64,000 nucleotides of DNA from Gammaproteobacteria bacterium (GTDB taxonomy: Bacteria; Pseudomonadota; Gammaproteobacteria; G965277405). The stretch lies in assembly GCA_965277405.1 (NCBI GenBank), contig OZ255726.1, forward strand, positions 1,440,001 to 1,504,000, read 5' to 3'. The notes below the pieces were generated by a model, which was not told the DNA's origin, ran no database searches, and saw only the letters and a list, made by a program, of their open reading frames with translations. This document shows positions 42,256-51,434 of this stretch, in pieces. The position numbers and the translations under genes are program-made. Numbering within the stretch: the first letter of the stretch is position 1; each line of letters begins with the position of its first letter.

Positions 42256-45200
42256 ATGAACAAACAGATATTATTTTTAGCGCTAGGACTATTAGCTATA
42301 GCAGGCTGTAACAGTGAAAGTAGCAGCGATAGTGAAACCAACAGTAGTAAAACCAACAGTAGCGAAACATCTGCATTAGCAATCCCAGACGCACCAACCA
42401 ATGTAAGCGCAGCAGCAGGTGATGTGGGAGGAGAAATAACCATTAGTTGGGATAGTGTCAGTGGTGTAGCTGCATATAATTTGTATTGGTCAATAACGGC
42501 TGGATCTGGTAAATCTGCCAGCAAAATATCGCGAGTAACCAGCCCATACACGCATACAGGGCTTGCAAATACAGAGACATACTATTACACGATAACCGCA
42601 AACAATGACGGCGGTGAGTCTAGCTTGAGTAGCGAAGTTGCGGCAACAGCAACTGTATCCAATAACGACGGTGAGTCTAGCTCAAGTAGCGAAACATCTG
42701 CATCAGCAACCCCAGATGCACCAACCAATGTAAGCGCAGTAGTTGGAGTTGGAGAAATAACCATTAGTTGGAATCCAGTATATAATGCCGACACATACAA
42801 TCTATATTGGGCAACAACAGCTGGGTATGGTAAATCTGCCAGCAAAATATCGCGAGTAACCAGCCCCTACACGCATACAGGGCTTGCAAATACAGGGACA
42901 TACTATTACACAATAACCGCAAACAATGACGGCGGTGAGTCTAGCTTGAGTAGCGAGGTTGCGGCAACAGCAACTGTATCCAATAACGACGGTGAGTCTA
43001 GCTCAAGTAGCGAAACATCTGCATCAGCAACCCCAGATGCACCAACCAATGTAAGCGCAGTAGTTGGAGTTGGAGAAATAACCATTAGTTGGAATCCAGT
43101 ATATAATGCCGACACATACAATCTATATTGGGCAACAACAGCTGGGTATGGTAAATCTGCCAGCAAAATATCTGAGGTAACCAGCCCATACCTGCATACT
43201 GGGCTTGTAAATTCAGAGACATACTATTACACAATAACCGCAAACAATGACGGCGGTGAGTCAAGCTTGAGTAGCGAAGTTACGGCAGGTCAAAATTATA
43301 CTAAGATTAAAACAATCTATGCAACCGCCGATGCTTTTGCCGGACTTACCTACGCTGGGGGCGTCGTTACTTGGGGGGGTTATACTAGCGGCGGAAATAG
43401 TTCATACGTGCAGCAACAACTGATTGACGTTAAAACAATCTATGCGACCAAGTACGGGGCTTTTGCAGCGCTGACAACCGCTGGGGGCGTCGTTACTTGG
43501 GGTGATAATCGTTACGGCGGCGATAGTTCAGGCGTGCAGGGTCAACTGAATAACGTTAAAGAAATATATGCAACCCTCGGGGCTTTTGCAGCGCTGACAA
43601 CCGCTGGGGGCGTCGTTACTTGGGGGGGGATTGGTTACGGCGGCGATAGTTCAGCGGTGCAGCCGCAACTGACTGACGTTACAGCAATCTATGCAGCCAA
43701 GTATGCTTTTGCCGCGCTTAAAAACGATGGGACTGTCGTTACTTGGGGTGATGAAGATTACGGCGGCAATAGTTCAGGCGTGCAGCAGCAACTGACTAAC
43801 GTTACAGCAATCTATGCAACCGATAGGGCTTTTGCCGCGCTGACCAACGCTGGGGGCGTCGTTACTTGGGGTGATGAAGATTACGGCGGCGATAGTGCAG
43901 CGGTGCAGCAGCAACTGACTAACGTTACAGCAATCTATGCAACCGATAGGGCTTTTGCCGCGCTGACCAACGCTGCGCGCGTCGTTACTTGGGGTGATGG
44001 GTATGACGGCGGCGATAGTTCAGCCGTGCAGGATCAACTGACTGACGTTAAAGCAATCTATGCAACCGAGGGAGCTTTTGCGGCGCTGACAAATGCTGGG
44101 GGCGTCGTTACTTGGGGGAAAGTGTCTGGTTGGGGGGGGAGCACGTATGACGGCGGCGATAGTTCAGCCGTGCAGGATCAACTGACTGACGTTACAGCAA
44201 TCTATGCAACCAACTGGGCTTTTGCTGCGCTTACCAACGCTAGGAGCGTCGTTACGTGGGGGAGAGAGAATGCTGGCGGCGATAGTTCAGCCGTGCAGGG
44301 TCAACTGACTAACCTTAAAGAAATCTATTCAAACAAGTATGCTTTTGCCGCGCTGACAACCGCTGGGGGCGTCGTTACTTGGGGTCATGAGGATTACGGC
44401 GGGATTAGTGCAGACGAGCAGCAGCAACTGACTAACGTTACAGCAATCTATGCAACCGACGATGCTTTTGCCGCGCTTACCAACGCTGGGCGTGTCGTTA
44501 CTTGGGGGAGATATTTTAATGGCGGCGATAGTTCAGCGGCGCAGCAGCAACTGCTCTCAGGAAGTGCACCAACCAATGTAAGCGCAGCAGCAGGTGATAG
44601 TGGGGGAGAAATAACCATTAGTTGGAATCCGGTATTTAATGCAGATTCATACAATCTATATTGGGCAACAACAGCGGGATATGGTAAATCTGCCAACAAA
44701 ATATCGCCAGTAACCAGCCCGTACACGCATACAGGTCTTGTAAATTCAGAGACATACTATTACACAATAACCGCGAACAATGACGGCGGTGAGTCTAGCT
44801 TAAGTAGCGAAGTTGCGGCAGGTCAAAATTATACTAATATTAAAACAATCTATTCAGCAGGCTCTGCTTTTGCCGCACTTACCAACGCTGGGGGCGTCGT
44901 TACCTGGGGGAATCAGTATTCTGGCGGCAATAGTTCAGGCGTGCAGGATCAACTGACTAACGTTAAAACGGTTTATTCAAACTGGCAGGGTTTTATAGCG
45001 CTTAAAAACGATGATACTGTCGTTACTTGGGGTGATGGGTATTTGCGCGGCAATAGTTCAGGCGTGCAGGATCAACTGACTAACGTTAAAGCAGTCTATG
45101 CAACCTACAACACGATCTCCCCGGCTTATGCCGCGGTTATAAACGATGGGACTGTCGTTACTTGGGGTGATGAGGATGCAGGAGGCGATAGTTCAGACGT

Positions 45201-46095
45201 GCAGGATCAACTGACTAACGTTAAAGAAATCTATTCAACCAGAAGGGCTTTTGCTGCGCTTACAAACGCTGGGGGCGTCGTTACTTGGGGTGATGATGAT
45301 TTCGGCGCCGATAGTTCAGGCGTGCAGGGTCAACTGACTAACATTAAAGCGATCTATTCAACTAATGAACGGGCTTTTGCGGCGCTTACAAACGATGGGG
45401 GCGTCGTTACTTGGGGGAGTGATTTTTGGGGTATTAAGTGGGGCGGCGATAGTTCAGGCGTGCAGCGTCAACTGACTAACGTTAAAGCAATCTATGCAAC
45501 ATACAGGAGTTTTGCTGCGCTCACTAACGATGGGCGCGTCGTTACTTGGGGTGCTGGGGGTGCTGGCGGCGATAGTGCAGGCTTGCAGGATCAACTGACT
45601 GACGTTAAAGAAATCTATACAATCGACTATGCTTTTGCTGCGCTTACCAACGCTGGGGGCGTCGTTACTTGGCCGAGTTTCAATCCAGGCGGCGATAGTT
45701 CAGGCGTGCAGGATCAATTGACTAACGTTAAAGCAATCTATGCAAACGGCGGGGCTTTTGCTGCGCTTACCAACGCTGGGGGCGTCGTTACTTGGGGTCT
45801 TGAGGATTACGCCAGGATTAGTGCAGACGAGCAGCAGCAACTGACTGACGTTACAGCAATCTATGCAACCGACTTTGCTTTTGCCGCGCTTAAAAACGAT
45901 GGGACTGTCGTTACTTGGGGTAATGAGGATTGGGGCGGCGATAGTTCAGGCGTGCAGGATCAACTGACTAACGTTACAGCAATCTATTCAAATTACTCGG
46001 CTTTTGCCGCGCTTACCAACGCTGGGCGTGTCGTTACTTGGGGGAGTGTGGGTGGCGGCGGCGATAGTTCAGCGGTGCAGCATCTACTGCACTAA
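42256..46095 (+). CDS. Array gene 2: lipoprotein with 3 FN3, 10 repeats, FN3, 10 repeats
   Basis: Same signal peptide. A 321-bp internal FN3 duplication. Two blocks of 10 repeats. Confidence 0.85.
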   Translation: MNKQILFLALGLLAIAGCNSESSSDSETNSSKTNSSETSALAIPDAPTNVSAAAGDVGGEITISWDSVSGVAAYNLYWSITAGSGKSASKISRVTSPYTHTGLANTETYYYTITANNDGGESSLSSEVAATATVSNNDGESSSSSETSASATPDAPTNVSAVVGVGEITISWNPVYNADTYNLYWATTAGYGKSASKISRVTSPYTHTGLANTGTYYYTITANNDGGESSLSSEVAATATVSNNDGESSSSSETSASATPDAPTNVSAVVGVGEITISWNPVYNADTYNLYWATTAGYGKSASKISEVTSPYLHTGLVNSETYYYTITANNDGGESSLSSEVTAGQNYTKIKTIYATADAFAGLTYAGGVVTWGGYTSGGNSSYVQQQLIDVKTIYATKYGAFAALTTAGGVVTWGDNRYGGDSSGVQGQLNNVKEIYATLGAFAALTTAGGVVTWGGIGYGGDSSAVQPQLTDVTAIYAAKYAFAALKNDGTVVTWGDEDYGGNSSGVQQQLTNVTAIYATDRAFAALTNAGGVVTWGDEDYGGDSAAVQQQLTNVTAIYATDRAFAALTNAARVVTWGDGYDGGDSSAVQDQLTDVKAIYATEGAFAALTNAGGVVTWGKVSGWGGSTYDGGDSSAVQDQLTDVTAIYATNWAFAALTNARSVVTWGRENAGGDSSAVQGQLTNLKEIYSNKYAFAALTTAGGVVTWGHEDYGGISADEQQQLTNVTAIYATDDAFAALTNAGRVVTWGRYFNGGDSSAAQQQLLSGSAPTNVSAAAGDSGGEITISWNPVFNADSYNLYWATTAGYGKSANKISPVTSPYTHTGLVNSETYYYTITANNDGGESSLSSEVAAGQNYTNIKTIYSAGSAFAALTNAGGVVTWGNQYSGGNSSGVQDQLTNVKTVYSNWQGFIALKNDDTVVTWGDGYLRGNSSGVQDQLTNVKAVYATYNTISPAYAAVINDGTVVTWGDEDAGGDSSDVQDQLTNVKEIYSTRRAFAALTNAGGVVTWGDDDFGADSSGVQGQLTNIKAIYSTNERAFAALTNDGGVVTWGSDFWGIKWGGDSSGVQRQLTNVKAIYATYRSFAALTNDGRVVTWGAGGAGGDSAGLQDQLTDVKEIYTIDYAFAALTNAGGVVTWPSFNPGGDSSGVQDQLTNVKAIYANGGAFAALTNAGGVVTWGLEDYARISADEQQQLTDVTAIYATDFAFAALKNDGTVVTWGNEDWGGDSSGVQDQLTNVTAIYSNYSAFAALTNAGRVVTWGSVGGGGDSSAVQHLLH

Positions 46096-46355
46096 GGAAG
46101 CTCTGAAAACCGCTGGTGCAGGCGTAGCATATACGCCAACGCATGCAACTCAGCAAGTACCGCTGCCGCAAACCAGCATATATTCAACACAACAACGGGA
46201 AAAAAGCGGAACTAACGGCGTTGCAGCACTTGGCAATACCCGCGTCCCCACCAGCACAAGCCCCACCAGTGTTAGCTGCGCACTGCGCCTTGCTATCCAT
46301 CAGCCATCAGCGTTGTTGCTCCGTCTCGCCCATCATGGACTTAATCAGAGCTTCC
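46096..46355. mobile_element. MITE copy 4 (internally deleted)
   Basis: GGAAGCTCTGA...TTAATCAGAGCTTCC. Starts immediately after the gene 2 TAA. Confidence 0.85.
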
Positions 46356-46489
46356 ATAGGGGAAGAAGGAAAATGTATTCTTTTTTTTTGTGTAATTTGC
46401 TGCAAAGATGATTTGTATCGTTTGAGGGTAAAACATATAGTTTTAACAGCTATGATATTTAACAATTTTTTTATTTAGGGTGGAAAAAA

Positions 46490-49120
46490 ATGAACAAACA
46501 GATATTATTTTTAACACTAGCACTATTAGCTATAGCAGGGTGTAACGCTGAAAGTAGCAGCGATAGCGAAACCAACAGTAGTAAAACCAACAGTAGTAAA
46601 ACCAACAGTAGTAAAACCAACAGTAGTAAAACCAACAGTAGTAAAACCAACAGTAACGAAACTAGCAGTAACGAAACTAGCAGTAGCGAAACATCTGCAT
46701 CAGCAATCCCAGACGCACCAAGCAATGTAAGCGCAGCAGCTGGAGTTGGAGAAATAACCATTAGTTGGAATCCGGTATTTAATGCCGATTCATACAATCT
46801 ATATTGGGCAACAACCGCTGGGTATGGTAAATCTGCCAGCAAAATATCGCGAGTAACCAGCCCGTACACGCATACAGGGCGTTATGATGAATACACATAC
46901 TATTACACAATAACCGCAAACAATGGCGACGGTGAGTCTAGCTCGAGTAACGAAGTTGCGGCAACACCAACTGTATCCAATGACGGCTTTGAGTCTAGTT
47001 CCAGTAGCGAAGTTGCAGCAGGTCAAAATGATACTAAGATTCAAACATTCTATACAACCGACGGGGCTGCTGCCGTGCTTACAAACGCTGGGGGTGTCGT
47101 TACTTGGGGTGATGAGGATTACGGTGGCGATAGTTCAGGCGTGCAGCAGCAACTGACTAACGTTACAGCCATCTATGCAACCAACGGGGCTTTTGCCGTG
47201 CTTACAAACGCTGGGCGAGTCGTTACTTGGGGTGATGAGAATAACGGCGGTGATAGTGCAGCGGTGCAGCAGCAACTGACTAACGTTACAGCCATCTATG
47301 CAACCAACGGGGCTTTTGCGGCGCTTACAAGCGCTGGGACTGTCGTTACTTGGGGTGATCAGCATAGCGGCGGCGATAGTTCAGGCGTGCAGGGTCAACT
47401 GACTAACGTTACAGCAATCTATGCAACCGATGGGGCTTTTGCCGTGCTTACAAACGCTGGGGGCGTCGTTACTTGGGGGAGTGAGGAGGACGGCGGCGAT
47501 AGTGCAGCGGTGCAGCAGCTACTGAATAACGTTACAGCAATCTATGCAACCGATAGGGCTTTTGCCGCGCTGACCAACGCTGGGGGCGTCGTTACTTGGG
47601 GTGATGAAGATTACGGCGGCGATAGTTCAGCGGTGCAGCAGCAACTGACTAACGTTACAGCAATCTATTCAACCAGCTATGCTTTTGCCGCGCTTAAAAA
47701 CGATCGGAGTGTCGTTACTTGGGGTGATGTGGATTGGGGCGGCGATAGTTCAGCTGTGCAGCAGCAACTGACTAACGTTAAAGAAATCTATGCAACTGAA
47801 TGGGGTTTTGCGGCGCGTACAACCTTTGGGGGCGTCGTTACTTGGGGTGTTGATATTTACAGTGGCGGCGATAGTTCAGCGGTACAGCAGCAACTGACTA
47901 ACGTTAAAGAAATCTATGCAACCTTATTTGCTTTTGCCGCGCTGACAAACGCTGGGAGTGTCGTTACTTGGGGCCCCAATTTTGGCGGCGGCGATATTTC
48001 AGCGGTGCAGCTGCAACTGACAAACGTTAAAGAAATCTATGCAACTGGCTTAGCTTTTGCCGCGCTGACAAACGCTGGGGGTGTCGTTACTTGGGGGAGT
48101 GAGGATCACGGCGGCGATAGTTCAGGCGTGCAGCTGCAACTGACTAACGTTAAAGAAATCTATGCAACCACCTCTGCTTTTGCCGCACTTACCAACGATG
48201 GGACTGTCGTTACTTGGGGGAGTGAGGATGAAGGCGGCGATAGTTCAGCGGTGCAGCTGCAACTGACTAACGTTAAAGAAATCTATGCAACCTCCTCTGC
48301 TTTTGCCGCGCTTACAAACGCTGGGACTGTCGTTACTTGGGGGCGTAGCGGTGGCGATAGTTCAGCGGTGCAGCAGCAACTGACTAACGTTAAAGCAATC
48401 TATGCAACCAGCTATGCTTTTGCCGCGCTTAAAAACGATCGGAGTGTCGTTACTTGGGGTGATAATCGTTACGGCGGCGATAGTTCAGGCGTGCAGCATC
48501 TACTGACTAACGTTACAGCAATCTATGCAACCGACGATGCTTTTGCCGCGCTTACCGACGCTGGGGGCGTCGTTACTTGGGGTAATAATCGTTACGGCGG
48601 CGATAGTGCAGCGGTGCAGCAGCAACTGACTGACGTTAAAGCAATCTATTCAAACGACAGTGCTTTTGCCGCGCTTACAAACGCTGGGGGCGTCGTTACT
48701 TGGGGGGATAGTTATTTAGGCGGCGATAGTTCAGGCGTGCAGCATCTACTGACTAACGTTAAAGAAATCTATTCAACTTTCTTTGCTTTTGCCGCACTTA
48801 CCAACGCTGGGGGCGTCGTTACTTGGGGGAGTGATGATTTGGGCGGCGGCGATAGTTCAGCGGTGCAGCAACAACTGACTAACGTTAAAGAAATCTATTC
48901 AACTTTCTTTGCTTTTGCCGCACTTACCAACGCTGGAGGCGTCGTTACTTGGGGGAACAATTTTAGCGGCGGCGATAGTTCAGCGGTGCAGCAACAACTG
49001 ACTAACGTTAAAGAAATCTATTCAACTTTATTTGCTTTTGCCGCACTTACCAACGCTGGGGGCGTCGTTACTTGGGGGAGTGATTGGAGAGGAGGCGATA
49101 GTTCACCGGTGCAGTTTTAA
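46490..49120 (+). CDS. Array gene 3: lipoprotein with (TNSSK)n linker, FN3 and 17 repeats
   Basis: Lipobox LAIAGC and 17 VVTWG repeats. Confidence 0.85.
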   Translation: MNKQILFLTLALLAIAGCNAESSSDSETNSSKTNSSKTNSSKTNSSKTNSSKTNSNETSSNETSSSETSASAIPDAPSNVSAAAGVGEITISWNPVFNADSYNLYWATTAGYGKSASKISRVTSPYTHTGRYDEYTYYYTITANNGDGESSSSNEVAATPTVSNDGFESSSSSEVAAGQNDTKIQTFYTTDGAAAVLTNAGGVVTWGDEDYGGDSSGVQQQLTNVTAIYATNGAFAVLTNAGRVVTWGDENNGGDSAAVQQQLTNVTAIYATNGAFAALTSAGTVVTWGDQHSGGDSSGVQGQLTNVTAIYATDGAFAVLTNAGGVVTWGSEEDGGDSAAVQQLLNNVTAIYATDRAFAALTNAGGVVTWGDEDYGGDSSAVQQQLTNVTAIYSTSYAFAALKNDRSVVTWGDVDWGGDSSAVQQQLTNVKEIYATEWGFAARTTFGGVVTWGVDIYSGGDSSAVQQQLTNVKEIYATLFAFAALTNAGSVVTWGPNFGGGDISAVQLQLTNVKEIYATGLAFAALTNAGGVVTWGSEDHGGDSSGVQLQLTNVKEIYATTSAFAALTNDGTVVTWGSEDEGGDSSAVQLQLTNVKEIYATSSAFAALTNAGTVVTWGRSGGDSSAVQQQLTNVKAIYATSYAFAALKNDRSVVTWGDNRYGGDSSGVQHLLTNVTAIYATDDAFAALTDAGGVVTWGNNRYGGDSAAVQQQLTDVKAIYSNDSAFAALTNAGGVVTWGDSYLGGDSSGVQHLLTNVKEIYSTFFAFAALTNAGGVVTWGSDDLGGGDSSAVQQQLTNVKEIYSTFFAFAALTNAGGVVTWGNNFSGGDSSAVQQQLTNVKEIYSTLFAFAALTNAGGVVTWGSDWRGGDSSPVQF
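46571..46655 (+). repeat. 15-bp coding VNTR (ACCAACAGTAGTAAA) x5 plus a partial copy
   Basis: Read directly. Encodes TNSSK. Only one full unit in genes 1, 2 and 5. Confidence 0.9.
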
Positions 49121-49129
49121 CAGCACCCA

Positions 49130-49433
49130 GGAAGCGCTGATTAAGTCGCTGAGTGAGCGAGTTAGCCAGCAATTGCTGATGACTGCAAGGCGCATTCCGC
49201 AGGCGCATGCCGTAGCATATACGCCAAGGGATGCAACACAGCAAGTAGCGCTGCCGCAAACCCAAAGTATATGCAACACAACGACGGGAAACAAGCGCTA
49301 CTAACGTCGTTGCAGCACTTGGGCAATACCCGCACGTCCCCACCAGTGTTAGCTGCGCACTGCGCCTTGCTATCCATCAGCCATCGAGCGTTTTTGCCGC
49401 GTTTCGCCCGTCATGGACTTAATCAGAGGTGCC
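49130..49433. mobile_element. MITE copy 5
   Basis: GGAAGCGCTGATTAA...TTAATCAGAGGTGCC. Confidence 0.88.
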
Positions 49434-49565
49434 ATATGAGGAAGCGGGGAAATGTATTCCTTTTTTTGTGTAATTTGCTGCAAAGATGATTTGTATAGTT
49501 TGAGTGAAAAACATATAGTTTTAACAGATATGATATTTAACAATATTTTTATTTCTGGTGGGAAA

Positions 49566-51003
49566 ATGAACAAACAGATATTATTTTTAACGCTCGGACT
49601 ATTAGCTATAGTAGGCTGTAACAGCGATAGTTCAGCGGTGCAGCAGCAATTGACTAACGTTACAGCAATCTATGCAACCAACGGGGCTTTTGCCGCGCTT
49701 ACAGATGGTTAGCGGCGGCGATAGTGCAGAGGTGCGGCAGCAACTGACTAACGTTAAAACAATCTATGCAAACGAGTATGCTTTTGCCGCACTTACCAAC
49801 GCTGGAGGCGTCGTTACTTGGGGGTCTGAGGAATTCGGCGGCGAAAGTTCAAGGGTGCAGCAGCAACTGACTAACGTTACAGCAATCTATGCAACCAACC
49901 ATACTTTTGCCGCGCTTAAAAACGATGGGACTGTCGTTACTTGGGGTAATGAGGGTGGGGATGGCGATAGTGCAGAGGTGCAGCAGCAACTGACTAACGT
50001 TACAGCAATCTATGCAGCCGAGTATGTTTTTGCCGCACTTACCAACGCTGGTGGCGTAGTTACTTGGGGGAGTGAGGATTTCGGCGGCGATAGTTCAATG
50101 GTGCAGCAGCAACTGACTAACGTTACAGCAATCTATGCAACCAACGGGGCTTTTGCCGCGCTTACAACCGCTGGGGGCGTCGTGACTTGGGGGAGATGGG
50201 ATGACGGCGGCAATAGTTCAGGCGTGCAGCAGCAACTGACTAACGTTAAAGAAATCTATGCAACCAAGTACGGGGCTTTTGCCGCGCTTACCAACGCTGG
50301 ACGTGTCGTTGCTTGGGGGAGTCAGGATTTCGGCGGCGATAGTGCAGAGGTGCAGCAGCAACTGACTAACGTTAAAGAAATCTATGCAAACAAGTATGCT
50401 TTTGCGGCGCTTAAAAACGATGGGACTGTCGTTACTTGGGGGAGTGAGGATTATGGCGGTAATAGTTCAGTCGTGCAGCAGCAACTGACTAACGTTACAG
50501 CAATCTATGCAACCGACTATGCTTTTGCAGCGATTACCAACGCTGGGGGCGTCGTTACTTGGGGGAGTGAGGATGCCGGCGGCGATAGTTCAGACGTGCA
50601 GCAGCAACTGACTAACGTTAAAGAAATCTATGCAACCGGCGAGGCTTTTGCGGCGATTACCAACGCTGGGGGCGTCGTTACTTGGGGTAATGATGATTAC
50701 GGCAGCGATAGTTCAGGCGTGCAGCAGCAACTGGCTAACGTTAAAGCAATCTATTCAACCGTCAGGGCTTTTGCGGCGCTTACCAATGCTGGGGGCGTCG
50801 TTACTTGGGGTAACGCTGGGGGCGTCGTTACTTGGGGTAATGATGATTACGGCAGCGATAGTGCAGCGGTGCAGCAGCAACTGGCTAACGTTACAGCAAT
50901 CTATGCAACCGACAGGGCTTTTGCCGCGCTTAAAAACGATGGGACTGTCGTTACTTGGGGTGATGTGGATTACGGCGGCGATAGTTCATATTACTTGGGG
51001 TGA
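49566..51003 (+). pseudogene. Array gene 4: FN3 deleted, frameshifted near 49705, about 11 repeats
   Basis: The signal peptide GCNSDS runs directly into a repeat. The signal-peptide frame stops at 49712 and the repeats continue in another frame. A 40-bp tandem duplication (50951-51030) is at the 3' end. Confidence 0.78.
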
Positions 51004-51034
51004 TGTGGATTACGGCGGCGATAGTTCATATTGG

Positions 51035-51300
51035 TGATTGCAAGGCGCAAACCGCTGAGCGCATGACCTAGCTATACGCCAACGCATGCAACTCAGCAAG
51101 TACCGCTGCCGCAAACCAGCATATATTCAACACAACAACGGGAATAAAGCGGAACTAACGGCGTTGCAGCACTTGGCAATACCCGCACGTCCCCACCAGC
51201 ACAAGCCCCACCAGTGTTAGCTGCGCACTGCGCCTTGCTATCCATCAGCCATCAGCGTTGTTGCTCCGTCTCGCCCATCATGGACTTAATCAGAGCTTCC
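51035..51300. mobile_element. MITE copy 6 (left end truncated, chimeric)
   Basis: Right TIR TTAATCAGAGCTTCC. The 5' part resembles copy 3 and the 3' part resembles copy 4. Confidence 0.82.
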
Positions 51301-51434
51301 ATAGGGGAAGAAGGAAAATGTATTCCTTTTTTTTGTGTAATTTGCTGCAAAGATGATTTGTATCGTTTGAGTGAAAAACATATAGTTTTAACAGCTATGA
51401 TATTTAACAATTTTTTTATTTAGGGTGGAAAAAA

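Noticed and set aside
40060-51335. Poly-T tract (7-9 T) in the array leaders as a phase-variation switch
   Set aside because: The tract lies upstream of the putative -35 box, not in the spacer, and the differences between copies are minimal.
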